32,000 nt of DNA, taken from Geobacter sulfurreducens PCA (GTDB lineage Bacteria; Desulfobacterota; Desulfuromonadia; Geobacterales; Geobacteraceae). The first letter of the stretch is position 1. Each line of letters begins with the position of its first letter. The notes beneath the pieces are model-generated. The model saw only the letters and a list, made by a program, of their open reading frames with translations. It did no database searches and was not told the DNA's origin. Shown here in pieces: positions 7,999 through 16,421 of the stretch. Where the stretch lies: positions 180,001 through 212,000 of the forward strand of contig NC_002939.5 in the NCBI RefSeq assembly GCF_000007985.2, given 5' to 3'. The position numbers and the translations under genes are program-made.

Positions 7999-8376
7999 AT
8001 GACAAACAATCCGATCGTCTGGTTCGAAATTTACGTCCAGGACATGGAACGCGCGAAGAAGTTCTACGAGTCGGTGCTCGGGCTCAGTCTGACCCAGCTG
8101 GAGAGCCCGATTCCGGGTATGGAGATCTGGTCCTTCCCGATGCTGGAGAACGCCCCCGGCGCGAGCGGCGCCCTTGTCAGGATGGAGGGAAAGCCTTCCG
8201 GCGGTAACGGCACCCTCGTCTACTTCAGTTGCGCCGATTGCAGCGTTGAGGCGAGCAGGGTCGTAGCAAGCGGCGGCCAGATCTTCAGGGAGAAGTTCCC
8301 GATCGGGCAGTATGGCTTCATTGCCCTGGTTATTGACACGGAAGGGAACATGATCGGTCTCCACTCGATGGAATGA
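7999..8376 (+). CDS. VOC family protein (glyoxalase/bleomycin-resistance fold)
   Basis: 125 aa; IVWFEIYVQDMERAKKFYESVLG...GFIALVIDTEGNMIGLHS; AAGGAGG lies 9 nt upstream of the ATG. Confidence 0.75.
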   Translation: MTNNPIVWFEIYVQDMERAKKFYESVLGLSLTQLESPIPGMEIWSFPMLENAPGASGALVRMEGKPSGGNGTLVYFSCADCSVEASRVVASGGQIFREKFPIGQYGFIALVIDTEGNMIGLHSME

Positions 8377-8414
8377 CGGTGAAGAAATCCGGGGAGACCA
8401 CGGGTAATTCAAAA

Positions 8415-8432
8415 GGCGGCCGAAGGGCCGCC
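8415..8432. repeat. REP-like GC hairpin / terminator after the VOC gene
   Basis: GGCGGCC-GAAG-GGCCGCC followed by GTTGTTGTTTTCGG. Confidence 0.65.
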
Positions 8433-8622
8433 GTTGTTGTTTTCGGGCGCAGGGCGGCGTGCACAGGGGTTCAAGGGGGCAGTCAGGCTCCAGCTGTTCG
8501 GGAATGCAGAGGACAGGCGTGCGACTGATTGAGCAGGTTTTGCAAAAGTATGGCATGATGCCTTCGGGCGTACCGCAATCAAACTACAACCGTTTCTGCC
8601 GTGCAGAGAGGAGGACGTTTCC

Positions 8623-9354
8623 ATGTACCAAGAACCGGAGCCGGGGCTCTACCGGCACTACAAGGGGGGTGAGTACCGGGTGGTCGGCACGGCCCGCCAC
8701 AGCGAGACGGACGAACCCATGGTGGTCTACCGCTGCCTCTACGACAACAATTCCCTCTGGGTGCGGCCATTGGCGATGTTCCTGGGAACGGTGGCCGTGG
8801 ACGGTGCCGAACGCCCCCGTTTCAGCCTCGTGGCCCCCGACCGGTCCGGCGGACCGGCCGCCGCGGAGCTGATTGCCGGCCTTGGCCTGGAGCGTCATCC
8901 GGAGGGTGGCTGGTACCGGGAAACCTACCGGGCGGCCGGGACCATTCCCGGCACGCTTCTGCCGGGACAGGTCGGCGGCGAGCGCTCCTTTTCGACGGCC
9001 ATCTACTTTTTGCTGGAGCGGGGCGATATTTCGGCCCTGCACCGGATCAGGTCCGACGAATTGTGGCACTTCCATGCCGGTGCGCCCCTGATCGTGCATG
9101 TGATCACCCCGGCGGGCGGCAGCTATGCCCTGACGTTGGGGAGCGATCCGGCGTCAGGGGAAACGTTCCAGGCGGTGGTGCCAGCGGGCTGCTGGTTCGG
9201 CGCCGAGACCACGGGCGATTATTCCCTGGTGGGGTGCACCGTGGCCCCCGGGTTCGATTTCGCCGATTTCGAAATGGGAAGCCGCGCCGATCTGCTTGGC
9301 CGATTCCCGACCCATGCCGGCATCATCCGGCGGCTGACCCGGGACGGGGACTGA
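8623..9354 (+). CDS. Fusion protein: DUF1653 domain plus DUF985-type cupin
   Basis: The N-terminus YRHYKGGEYRVVGTARHSETDEPMVVYRCLYDNNSLWVRPLAMF looks like DUF1653. The C-terminus LERHPEGGWYRETYR...STAIYFLL...LHRIRSDELWHFHAGAPL looks like a DUF985 cupin. AGGAGG is upstream. Confidence 0.7.
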   Translation: MYQEPEPGLYRHYKGGEYRVVGTARHSETDEPMVVYRCLYDNNSLWVRPLAMFLGTVAVDGAERPRFSLVAPDRSGGPAAAELIAGLGLERHPEGGWYRETYRAAGTIPGTLLPGQVGGERSFSTAIYFLLERGDISALHRIRSDELWHFHAGAPLIVHVITPAGGSYALTLGSDPASGETFQAVVPAGCWFGAETTGDYSLVGCTVAPGFDFADFEMGSRADLLGRFPTHAGIIRRLTRDGD

Positions 9355-9498
9355 AGGGACTGCGAAATTCCGGGTACGACATCCGGACCAAAAAGGAAGG
9401 GAGGGGCTTGCTCTTCGCGGAATCCGCCGCGAGGGAAACCTGAGGCACGTTCGAAATCCTCGGCCGTCAGCCTGTCGCGTGTTGCCGTCGAGAAACGC

Positions 9499-9522
9499 AA
9501 ACGGCGGCCCGGAGGCCGCCGT
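9499..9522. terminator. Bidirectional GC hairpin between convergent genes (same REP-like family)
   Basis: AACGGCGGCC-CGGA-GGCCGCCGTT forms a perfect 10-bp stem. Confidence 0.7.
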
Positions 9523-9550
9523 TGTCACATCAATATCTGCTTTCAACCGA

Positions 9551-11113
9551 CTAGATATCCCAGTTGTCGATCTTCATTGTTCCGTTCTTGGCCAGGTTCA
9601 CCTGCATCTTGAACACCCGGTCCAGCAACTGGGGCTCATGCCCCGCCTTGCGGGCCATGCAGTCCCTGGTGGCCATCTCCAGGTACTCGGTGAGGAGGGG
9701 CTTGTAGTCCGGGTGGGCGCACTTGGCGATGATCTCGCGGGCGCGGTCCTTGGGGGCCAGGCCCCGCAGGTCGGCTAGGCCCTGCTCGGTGACCAGCACG
9801 TCAAGGTCGTGCTCGGTATGGTCAACGTGCGGGACGTGGGGCACGACGCAGGTGATGCCGGTGGGGTCGGTCTTGGTGGGGCGGGCCGACGGGGTGTGCA
9901 TGATGGAGAGGTAGGCGTTGCGCAGGAAATCGCCGGAGCCGCCGATGCCGTTGATCATGCGCGTGCCGCCGACCAGGGTGGAGTTGGCGTGGGCGTAGAT
10001 GTCGAACTCCACGGGAGTGTTCATGGCAATGCATCCCAGGCGCCGGATGGGCTCCGGGTGGTTGGCGATGGAGAGGGGGCGCATGATGACCTTGTCGCTG
10101 TACTTGTCCCAGTCGCCGTAGAAGCGCTTGAAGCCGTCCACGGAGAAGGAGAGGGAGACGGTGGAGGCGAAATCGAGCTTGCCGGAGTCGAAGAGGTCAA
10201 GCATGGTGTCCTGCAGTACCTCGGTCCAGACCCTCAGGCCGGAGAAGGGGCCCTTGGCCAGACCGCCGATAACGGCGTTGGCGATGGAGCCGACGCCGGA
10301 CTGGAGCGGCAGCAGGTTCTTGGGGAGGCGTCCCGCCTTCACCTCTGCCTGGAAGAAGTCCAGGATATTGTTGGCAATGGCCTCGGAGGTGTCGTCCTGC
10401 TCGGCAAAAGCGCGGCCGTTGTCCGGATGGGTGGACTCGACGATGGCGACGATCTTGTCGGTATCGACGCGGACGTAGGGAGATCCGGCCCGGTCATCCA
10501 CCCGGCTGATGAGGTAGGGGAGCCGGTTGGGAGGGCTGACGGGTTCGATGATGTCGTGCAGGCCTTCATAGTTGGGGATGGCGGTGTTGATCTCGATGAT
10601 GATCTTGTCGGCGATCTGGACGATCTCGGGGACGGCGCCGCAGGAGGCGGTCAGCACCAGACCGCCGTTCTCGGTGATGGCGGAGCACTCGATGATGGCC
10701 AGATCCAGCCGGCCGCCGTTCTCCTTGGTGTAGAAGCCGTACCCCAAATCCTGGGCGAACATTGAGAGGTGGCGGTCACCCATGCGGATGCGGCCGGAGT
10801 TGATGCCGGCCTGGATGTTCTTGCCGGTCTGGTAGGGCCAGCGGCGGTCGATCATGTCCAGGGAGGCCCAGCGGTCTTCCGTCTCGACGCCCACGGAGGC
10901 GCCGATGAAGAGGTTGAAGCGCAGCTTCCCCTGCAGCCCGTTCTTCTCCACATGGTCCGCCAGGGCGATGGGTACCGCCTTGGGGTAGCCGGCGGGGGTG
11001 AAGCCCGACCAGCCCAGGTTCATGCCGTCCTGGAAGAGGGGGATGACCTCTTCTACCGTCCTGATCCGCTCATGGAGATTCGTCTTCCTGATTCTTCTGT
11101 GCAATTCCGACAC
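9551..11113 (-). CDS. Acetyl-CoA hydrolase/transferase family enzyme, likely succinyl-CoA:acetate CoA-transferase type
   Basis: [15 protein letters not shown] near the N-terminus and overall collinearity with the AarC/Cat1/Ach1 family. The ORF track extends to 11155, but GTG 11113 has GAGGAGGAAGGGA upstream, so I prefer it. Confidence 0.8.
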   Translation of the reverse strand: MSELHRRIRKTNLHERIRTVEEVIPLFQDGMNLGWSGFTPAGYPKAVPIALADHVEKNGLQGKLRFNLFIGASVGVETEDRWASLDMIDRRWPYQTGKNIQAGINSGRIRMGDRHLSMFAQDLGYGFYTKENGGRLDLAIIECSAITENGGLVLTASCGAVPEIVQIADKIIIEINTAIPNYEGLHDIIEPVSPPNRLPYLISRVDDRAGSPYVRVDTDKIVAIVESTHPDNGRAFAEQDDTSEAIANNILDFFQAEVKAGRLPKNLLPLQSGVGSIANAVIGGLAKGPFSGLRVWTEVLQDTMLDLFDSGKLDFASTVSLSFSVDGFKRFYGDWDKYSDKVIMRPLSIANHPEPIRRLGCIAMNTPVEFDIYAHANSTLVGGTRMINGIGGSGDFLRNAYLSIMHTPSARPTKTDPTGITCVVPHVPHVDHTEHDLDVLVTEQGLADLRGLAPKDRAREIIAKCAHPDYKPLLTEYLEMATRDCMARKAGHEPQLLDRVFKMQVNLAKNGTMKIDNWDI

Positions 11114-11196
11114 GGTTCCCTTCCTCCTCACCCTGCATTGTGTTGTCCGTGGCACCGGGTTGGCGGTGTCGTCGGTGAATGCGAGCGCTCGACATG

Positions 11197-11214
11197 ATCG
11201 AACGTTCGTTCGAT
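11197..11214. promoter_or_regulatory. Perfect palindrome in the divergent intergenic region (candidate TetR operator)
   Basis: ATCGAACG-TT-CGTTCGAT lies between the CoA-transferase gene (minus strand) and the TetR gene (plus strand). Confidence 0.45.
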
Positions 11215-11346
11215 TGCATCATAGCAATAGCATTGTCGAGGGTGCAACAATATTCGGTAAACAGTATGTGTAGTGGGATTGGATTTGGCTTTCGGCGGCG
11301 GCTTTGATACTCTTTGTCACTGACAACGTAAGGGGGGCGGAACGGG

Positions 11347-11958
11347 ATGACCAGAGCGGACTGTCGCAGCAGGCTGATGGAGGTGGCAACGGAGCTCTTC
11401 GCCCAGAAGGGGTTCTACGGCGTCAGCATCCGGGAGCTCGCCCAGGCCGCCGGCGCCAGCATCTCAATGATCTCCTACCACTTCGGCGGCAAGGAGGGGC
11501 TCTACGCGGCGGTGCTCCAGGAGCAGTTCGCCTGCTTCGGCCAGTTGGACGACATCCGGGGCCAGGCGGGGGATCCCCTGGCGGTCATGACAGCCTACCT
11601 CCGCTGGACCATCCAGCGCCACCGGAACAACCCCCAGCTCCTCCGCTTCTACACCAGTGAACTCACCAACCCAACCCCCTGCTTCGCTGCAATCGTTTCC
11701 CCCGCCATCGCCTCCGTGATCCGCCTGCTGGCGGAGAGCATCGAGGCGGGGATGACGCGCGGCCTCTTCCGCCGGGATCTCCACGCCGTGAACAGCGCCC
11801 TGGCCCTGGCGGGTATGGTCAACTACTTCTTCCTCAGCACCCTGGCCACGGAGGGGCTCACCAGCCACTCGCCGGACCAGGACGAGGAACTGATCCGCCA
11901 GTACGTTGCCATCTTTACCCGGGGGATCATGGCCGACGGCGGGGCCGCGCCGGCATAG
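11347..11958 (+). CDS. TetR/AcrR family transcriptional regulator
   Basis: The N-terminal HTH is RLMEVATELFAQKGFYGVSIRELAQAAGASISMISYHFGGKEGLY. Confidence 0.85.
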   Translation: MTRADCRSRLMEVATELFAQKGFYGVSIRELAQAAGASISMISYHFGGKEGLYAAVLQEQFACFGQLDDIRGQAGDPLAVMTAYLRWTIQRHRNNPQLLRFYTSELTNPTPCFAAIVSPAIASVIRLLAESIEAGMTRGLFRRDLHAVNSALALAGMVNYFFLSTLATEGLTSHSPDQDEELIRQYVAIFTRGIMADGGAAPA

Positions 11959-12079
11959 GCCCGCAGCCGTCACCTCCGTGCCATCCGGCATCCGGTGGTC
12001 AGAGCGCCGCGGTCTCCGCATTCGGGCTTGTAATATCGAAGCAAACTGGGCCACAATGACGCCCGGGAGCTTGTCACTC

Positions 12080-12454
12080 ATGGACATTCTGGCAACCATG
12101 GCGGAACGAAAGATCCAGGAGGCAATGGCGCGGGGAGAGTTGAGCAACCTCGTCGGCGCGGGCAAGCTGCTGGCCATGGACGAGGACCTTTCCGGCGTGC
12201 CGGCCGAGCTCCGCATGGCCTACCGGATTTTGAAGAATGCGGGTTTTGTCCCGCCCGAGGTGGAGTTGCGCAAGGAGATCGTCTCGCTCCGTGAGCTGGT
12301 GAACTCCCTGGAGGAGAGCGAGGAGCGCCGTCAGCGGCGACGGGAGCTGGACTTCAAGCTGCTCAAGCTCGCCATGATGCGTAACCGCCCCATGAACCTG
12401 GACGACTTTCCCGAGTACCGGGATAAGGTCGCCGCAAAGCTCGGCGGCGAATAA
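12080..12454 (+). CDS. DUF1992 (DnaJ-C28-like) domain protein
   Basis: AERKIQEAMARGELSNLVGAGKLL...LRMAYRILKNAGFVPPEVELRKEI. The start is uncertain (ATG at 12056, 12080 or 12098). The longer ORF from 11906 overlaps the TetR gene and looks spurious. Confidence 0.6.
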   Translation: MDILATMAERKIQEAMARGELSNLVGAGKLLAMDEDLSGVPAELRMAYRILKNAGFVPPEVELRKEIVSLRELVNSLEESEERRQRRRELDFKLLKLAMMRNRPMNLDDFPEYRDKVAAKLGGE

Positions 12455-12463
12455 AGGATAGAA

Positions 12464-12985
12464 ATGAAGATTCAGAAACCGGCCATCGAGGCCCGTCCCA
12501 AGATCTACGCGCTTCTGCGCAGCTCCTTTCCCGGCAGCGAGTATGAAGCCGCGCTGGTACAGAAACTCCACGAAAACGACAGGTCCATCCACGAATGGGC
12601 CTGCATCATCGGCGGCAAGGTCATCGCCTACATCGCCTTTACCAATGCCTACCATGGCCGCGACGTCTGCGGCCTGCACCTGGCCCCCATGGCCGTGGCC
12701 CCGGAGTTCCAGGGGCGCGGGGTAGGGCTGGAGCTGCTCAGGTTCGCCCTGCGCCAGGAGGCAATCAGCAGCCGGACCCTCTTCGTTCTGGGTGAACCCG
12801 CCTATTACAGCCGGTTCGGTTTCGAACCGTGCAGCACGCCCATCTGTCCCTTTGACAAGAACAACGAGCATTTTCTGGGCATGCGCAACACGGCCACCGA
12901 CAGTTTCGTGGTGGGCTATGAGCCCGAATTTACCACCGCCGCGCCGACCGCCGCGACCAAGGGGAGAAAGCGCGGGAGACGGTAA
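12464..12985 (+). CDS. GNAT family N-acetyltransferase (YhbS-like)
   Basis: LAPMAVAPEFQGRGVGLELLRFAL...FVLGEPAYYSRFGFEP. Confidence 0.75.
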   Translation: MKIQKPAIEARPKIYALLRSSFPGSEYEAALVQKLHENDRSIHEWACIIGGKVIAYIAFTNAYHGRDVCGLHLAPMAVAPEFQGRGVGLELLRFALRQEAISSRTLFVLGEPAYYSRFGFEPCSTPICPFDKNNEHFLGMRNTATDSFVVGYEPEFTTAAPTAATKGRKRGRR

Positions 12986-13029
12986 GCTGCGGGCAGACAC
13001 GCATCCCGGAGACGTCACGTCTCATGAAG

Positions 13030-13051
13030 AAGGCGGCCACGGGGCCGCCTT
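13030..13051. terminator. Bidirectional GC hairpin (REP-like family) between the GNAT and hxlR-like genes
   Basis: AAGGCGGCC-ACGG-GGCCGCCTT followed by TACTGTTATTC. Confidence 0.65.
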
Positions 13052-13090
13052 TACTGTTATTCATACAACGAGGTCCTTCCCGGCGCCCTC

Positions 13091-13435
13091 TCAATCCCGC
13101 AAATGTTCACGCGCCCAGCTGCACATCTGCTGGAGGATGGGATAAATGCTCATCCCTTTTGGCGTGAGGGAGTATTCGACTTTGGGCGGCACCTGGGGAT
13201 AGACCTCCCGGTGTACCAGTCCGTCGGTTTCCAGTTCGCGCAGCTGCTGGGTCAGCATCTTGCGCGTGGTGTCCGAGAACTGCCGCTGCAGATCGGAAAA
13301 GCGCATGGTCTGTTGGGCCAGGTGCCAGAGGATCGAGGCCTTCCATTTTCCACCAACCACCGCCAGGGTGACGTCGATGCCGCAGGTGTACTCTTTTCCC
13401 CGATAGACCAGGCGGTCTGACGATGTCGTGCTCAT
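13091..13435 (-). CDS. HxlR family transcriptional regulator
   Basis: CGIDVTLAVVGGKWKASILWHLAQQTMRFSDLQRQFSDTTRKMLTQQLRELETDGLVHREVYPQVPPKVEYSLTPKG. Confidence 0.85.
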   Translation of the reverse strand: MSTTSSDRLVYRGKEYTCGIDVTLAVVGGKWKASILWHLAQQTMRFSDLQRQFSDTTRKMLTQQLRELETDGLVHREVYPQVPPKVEYSLTPKGMSIYPILQQMCSWAREHLRD

Positions 13436-13452
13436 TGCCGCGCTCCATGATG

Positions 13453-13508
13453 GTTCCTAAAAAGGAACTATGTATCTTTGAAATAACTACGTATCGAATA
13501 AGTACGTA
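13453..13508. promoter_or_regulatory. Repeats in the hxlR/flavoprotein divergent region (candidate operators)
   Basis: GTTCCT-AAAA-AGGAAC (13453-13468), plus two TACGTA palindromes (13488-13493 and 13503-13508) 15 bp apart. Confidence 0.3.
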
Positions 13509-13589
13509 ATTGACGGATTAGCACCTATGGGCAAAGATAGCCCAATCGGTTGGGAAAGTGAACCGCAATTTGCACGGGAGGGTAGCGAT

Positions 13590-14225
13590 ATGAAGGTGGT
13601 CGCGTTTAACGGCAGTCCCAAGGCGGATGGGAATACCTGGCATGCGCTGAAGATGGTGACTGCGGAACTGGAAAGTGAAGGGATCGAAACCGAGATCGTC
13701 CACGTGGGCAACAAGGTTGTCCGGGGCTGTATTGCCTGCGGCCAGTGCGCCAAGAACAAGAACGAGCGCTGCGTGCTGCCGGGCGACGAGGTCAACGAGT
13801 GGATCCAGAAGATGAAGCAGGCCGACGGGATCATCATCAGTTCGCCGGTCTACTATTCCGCCATTGCCGGCACGATGAAGTCGTTCCTGGACCGGGCCTT
13901 TTACGTGACCGGCGTCAACGACGGCATGCTGCGGCACAAGGTCGGCGCGTCGGTGGTGGCGGTGCGCCGTTCGGGCGGCATCCCGACGTTTAACCAGTTG
14001 AACAACTTCCTGACCTATGCCGAGATGCTGGTGCCGACGTCCAATTACTGGAACGTGATCCACGGCCGGGCTCCGGGCGAGGCGACCCAGGACGAGGAAG
14101 GGGTCCAGATCATGCGGGTGCTGGGGAAAAACATGGCCTGGCTGCTGAAGCTGGTGGAGCACGGCAAGGGTGCGGTCACCCCGCCGGAGCGGGAAACGAA
14201 GACGTACATGAGCTTCATCCGCTGA
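13590..14225 (+). CDS. Flavodoxin-fold NAD(P)H-dependent FMN reductase, iron-sulfur flavoprotein (Isf)-like
   Basis: MKVVAFNGSPKADGNT...; compact Cys motif GCIACGQCAKNKNERC (CX2CX2CX7C); ...IIISSPVYYSAIAGTMKSFLDR. ATG 13590 has GGGAGGG upstream. Confidence 0.75.
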   Translation: MKVVAFNGSPKADGNTWHALKMVTAELESEGIETEIVHVGNKVVRGCIACGQCAKNKNERCVLPGDEVNEWIQKMKQADGIIISSPVYYSAIAGTMKSFLDRAFYVTGVNDGMLRHKVGASVVAVRRSGGIPTFNQLNNFLTYAEMLVPTSNYWNVIHGRAPGEATQDEEGVQIMRVLGKNMAWLLKLVEHGKGAVTPPERETKTYMSFIR

Positions 14226-14244
14226 TGCCTATGGGAATGTGCAT

Positions 14245-14262
14245 GGCGGCCGATCGGCCGCC
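14245..14262. terminator. GC hairpin (REP-like family) after the flavoprotein gene
   Basis: GGCGGCC-GATC-GGCCGCC followed by AGTGCCGTTTCTTTCGTT. Confidence 0.6.
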
Positions 14263-14380
14263 AGTGCCGTTTCTTTCGTTGAAATGCGGGAGCCGGCTGA
14301 ATCACAATGGGAAAGAAGCGTGGTCGCCCGGCGGACACGCACGATCCGCGCGGCAACAACCGGGAAGGGAACACCTGCAG

Positions 14381-14890
14381 ATGCATCGTTTGAAGTATTT
14401 GACCGGCTACCCGCCGCAGCTGACGGCCCAGGTGGCACACCTGGTAACGGAGAACCGCCTGGGCGAAGTCCTGGTGCAGAGGTATCCGACGGTGCACGAC
14501 GTGAGGACCGACCGGGCCCTCTATGACTTCACCGTCGCGGTCAAGAACGAATTCATGCGCACCGCCCAGCCGCTCAGCCGGGTCTTGTATGATGGCAAGA
14601 TCCATGCGATCAAGAATGCCCTGGGAACCCACACCTTTGTCTCGCGGGTGCAGGGGGGAAAGCTCAAGGCAAAGCACGAGATCCGCATCGCGTCCATTTT
14701 CCGGGAAGCACCCCTGGAGTTCCTGAAGATGATTGTGGTGCACGAGCTGGCGCACCTGAAGGAAAAGGAGCACAACAAGGCGTTCTACCAGCTCTGCGAG
14801 TATATGGAGCCCCGCTATCACCAACTGGAGTTCGACACCCGGCTCTTCCTGACCCAGGTGGAAATAGCCGGATCACCCTACCTGCCCTGA
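14381..14890 (+). CDS. YgjP-like (DUF45/M48-type) metal-dependent hydrolase
   Basis: The zinc motif is VVHELAHLKEKEHNKAFYQLCEYMEP. ATG 14381 is preferred over the extended ORF from 14225. Confidence 0.65.
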   Translation: MHRLKYLTGYPPQLTAQVAHLVTENRLGEVLVQRYPTVHDVRTDRALYDFTVAVKNEFMRTAQPLSRVLYDGKIHAIKNALGTHTFVSRVQGGKLKAKHEIRIASIFREAPLEFLKMIVVHELAHLKEKEHNKAFYQLCEYMEPRYHQLEFDTRLFLTQVEIAGSPYLP

Positions 14891-14935
14891 CCCGGGGGTA
14901 CCGAAGCGGCTGCTTCTTGGCCGTGGCAGTCTCTG

Positions 14936-15865
14936 CTATGGCCTGATCTCGACCACCGTCCCGTTGGGCGCCGCCTCTGCAATTTCCTCAATCTCTTCGT
15001 CGGTTACGGCGATGCACCCCTGGGTCCAGTCCACCTCGGCGTGCGCGGCGCCGACCTGCGAGAGCCCGTTCTTGATGCCGTGAATCATGATGTCCCCGCC
15101 CGGAGAGACTCCCATCTCCCGTGCCCGCTTTTTATCTTTTTCGTTCGGATAGGAGATGCGCAGGGACAGGTGATAGCGGCTGCCCTTGTTCCTCCCCTCG
15201 ATGACGTAGGACCCCTCCGGGGTCTTGTTGTCGCCCTGCCGTTCCTTGGGGCCCACCGGGTTGCCCCCCAGGGCTACCTTGTAGGTCCTGATCACCTCGC
15301 CCATTGAGAGCAGCGACAGCCTGCGGTCTTTCTTTTCAATCAGGATTTTGTCCACCGCCCCCTTCCGGGTGGCAATGGCAAATACCTTTTGCTCGAGGAT
15401 TTTAATCGTTTCCCGCAGGGCGGCGATGTCCTTGTTTCTGTCGTCGAGATCCTGCCTGAGCGCTTCGATGCGGGCCTGCTGCGCGGCAATGGTGCCGTCC
15501 TTGAGCACGACGGTGTTGATGCCGAAGATCATCCGCTCGCTGTCCTGCCGGTACCTGCTCTCCGGGAACTCCCTGACCAGCTGTTCGAAGCACTCCAGGG
15601 CTTTCTGGTAATCCTTGTGTTCATTCCTGGGATAGGCATGGATGAATCCCTTTTCGAACAGCACCCGGTCTTTCGCGGCGGGATGGGTTTCGCCAATACG
15701 GGTATATGCGTCGAGGGAGGCGCTGTAGTTCCCCTGGGAGAACAGGTCGTTCGCCTCCTGGAAGATCGACGCGGCCCGATGGTGGCTGCAGCCGCAGAGA
15801 AGCAGCATGCAGCAGATGCAGACCGGGAAAAAGCGCGCAGCCATCCTGTGTCGTGTGAATGTCAT
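14936..15865 (-). CDS. YafK/DpaA-like L,D-transpeptidase-fold lipoprotein with N-terminal TPR-like and coiled-coil regions
   Basis: Lipobox LLLCGCS. Catalytic-domain motifs are GDNKTPEGSYVI, YHLSLRISYPNEKDKKRA, GGDIMIHG and WTQGCIAVTDEEIEEI (COG3034/YafK pattern). Confidence 0.75.
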   Translation of the reverse strand: MTFTRHRMAARFFPVCICCMLLLCGCSHHRAASIFQEANDLFSQGNYSASLDAYTRIGETHPAAKDRVLFEKGFIHAYPRNEHKDYQKALECFEQLVREFPESRYRQDSERMIFGINTVVLKDGTIAAQQARIEALRQDLDDRNKDIAALRETIKILEQKVFAIATRKGAVDKILIEKKDRRLSLLSMGEVIRTYKVALGGNPVGPKERQGDNKTPEGSYVIEGRNKGSRYHLSLRISYPNEKDKKRAREMGVSPGGDIMIHGIKNGLSQVGAAHAEVDWTQGCIAVTDEEIEEIAEAAPNGTVVEIRP

Positions 15866-15961
15866 AGATGCCGTTACTCCATGGCGGAAGCATCAGGAAT
15901 ATGATGTGCCGGGAACCGGCCGTCCCGGCAGGTGTGAGTGGCTCGAACGGGTTCAGCCGGC

Positions 15962-16006
15962 GGGCAGCGACGAGACGGGGATTTCGGCCTCGGCACGTCG
16001 CTGCCC
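15962..16006 (-). other. Strong hairpin just downstream of the lpp-like gene (intra-operon attenuator or stabiliser candidate)
   Basis: An 11-bp stem, GGGCAGCGACG (15962-15972) paired with CGTCGCTGCCC (15996-16006). No U-tract follows on the minus strand. Confidence 0.35.
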
Positions 16007-16020
16007 GGAGCGGAGAGACG

Positions 16021-16323
16021 CTATTTCCTCATGGATTTCTGGAACACGGCATCGGCCTTTTTCGCCTTTTCATCGGCGAGCCGTTCCCGTTCCTGGGCGG
16101 CCTTTTCGGCGCTTTCGGCACGGGTGGTGGCGTCCTGCGCCTCCAGTTTTGCCGCGTCTGCCGCGGCTTTGGCGGCCTGCGCTTCCTGCAGCGCCTGTTC
16201 GATCTTCGCGTCGAGCAGGCGCTGGTCGGCCTGTACCTGCTCCATTTCCCTGGATGTCGCGCAGCCGGCCAAGGCAGCGGCGAGAATCAGCGTCACCGAG
16301 ATTACCGATAGTCTTGTCTTCAT
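16021..16323 (-). CDS. Lpp-like alanine-zipper lipoprotein with a C-terminal ...MRK
   Basis: ATG 16323 has AGGAGGT upstream. MKTRLSVISVTLILAAALAGC provides the lipobox. The rest is an A/E/K/Q-rich helical repeat that ends in FQKSMRK-stop. E. coli Lpp ends in YRK. Confidence 0.7.
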   Translation of the reverse strand: MKTRLSVISVTLILAAALAGCATSREMEQVQADQRLLDAKIEQALQEAQAAKAAADAAKLEAQDATTRAESAEKAAQERERLADEKAKKADAVFQKSMRK

Positions 16324-16421
16324 AACACATACCTCCTGTTTGTGTAGTGTACTCCGAGGGTTGCCGAGGGACGTCCCGTTGTCCCGCATCACCTCCCTTC
16401 GGTTCGATAGGGCGGGGCAGG

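Noticed and set aside
9809-10765. 318-aa ORF antisense to the CoA-transferase gene
   Set aside because: Same reasoning as above. The composition is rich in G, D, A and V, there are no motifs, and it lies fully inside a confidently called gene.
11906-12055. N-terminal extension of the DUF1992 ORF overlapping the end of the TetR gene
   Set aside because: The extension is Pro/Arg/Gly-rich, overlaps the TetR CDS, and precedes the conserved AERKI... start of the domain.
12074-13018. 314-aa minus-strand ORF across the DUF1992 and GNAT genes
   Set aside because: It lies opposite two plus-strand genes with recognisable domains, so it is a high-GC antisense artefact.
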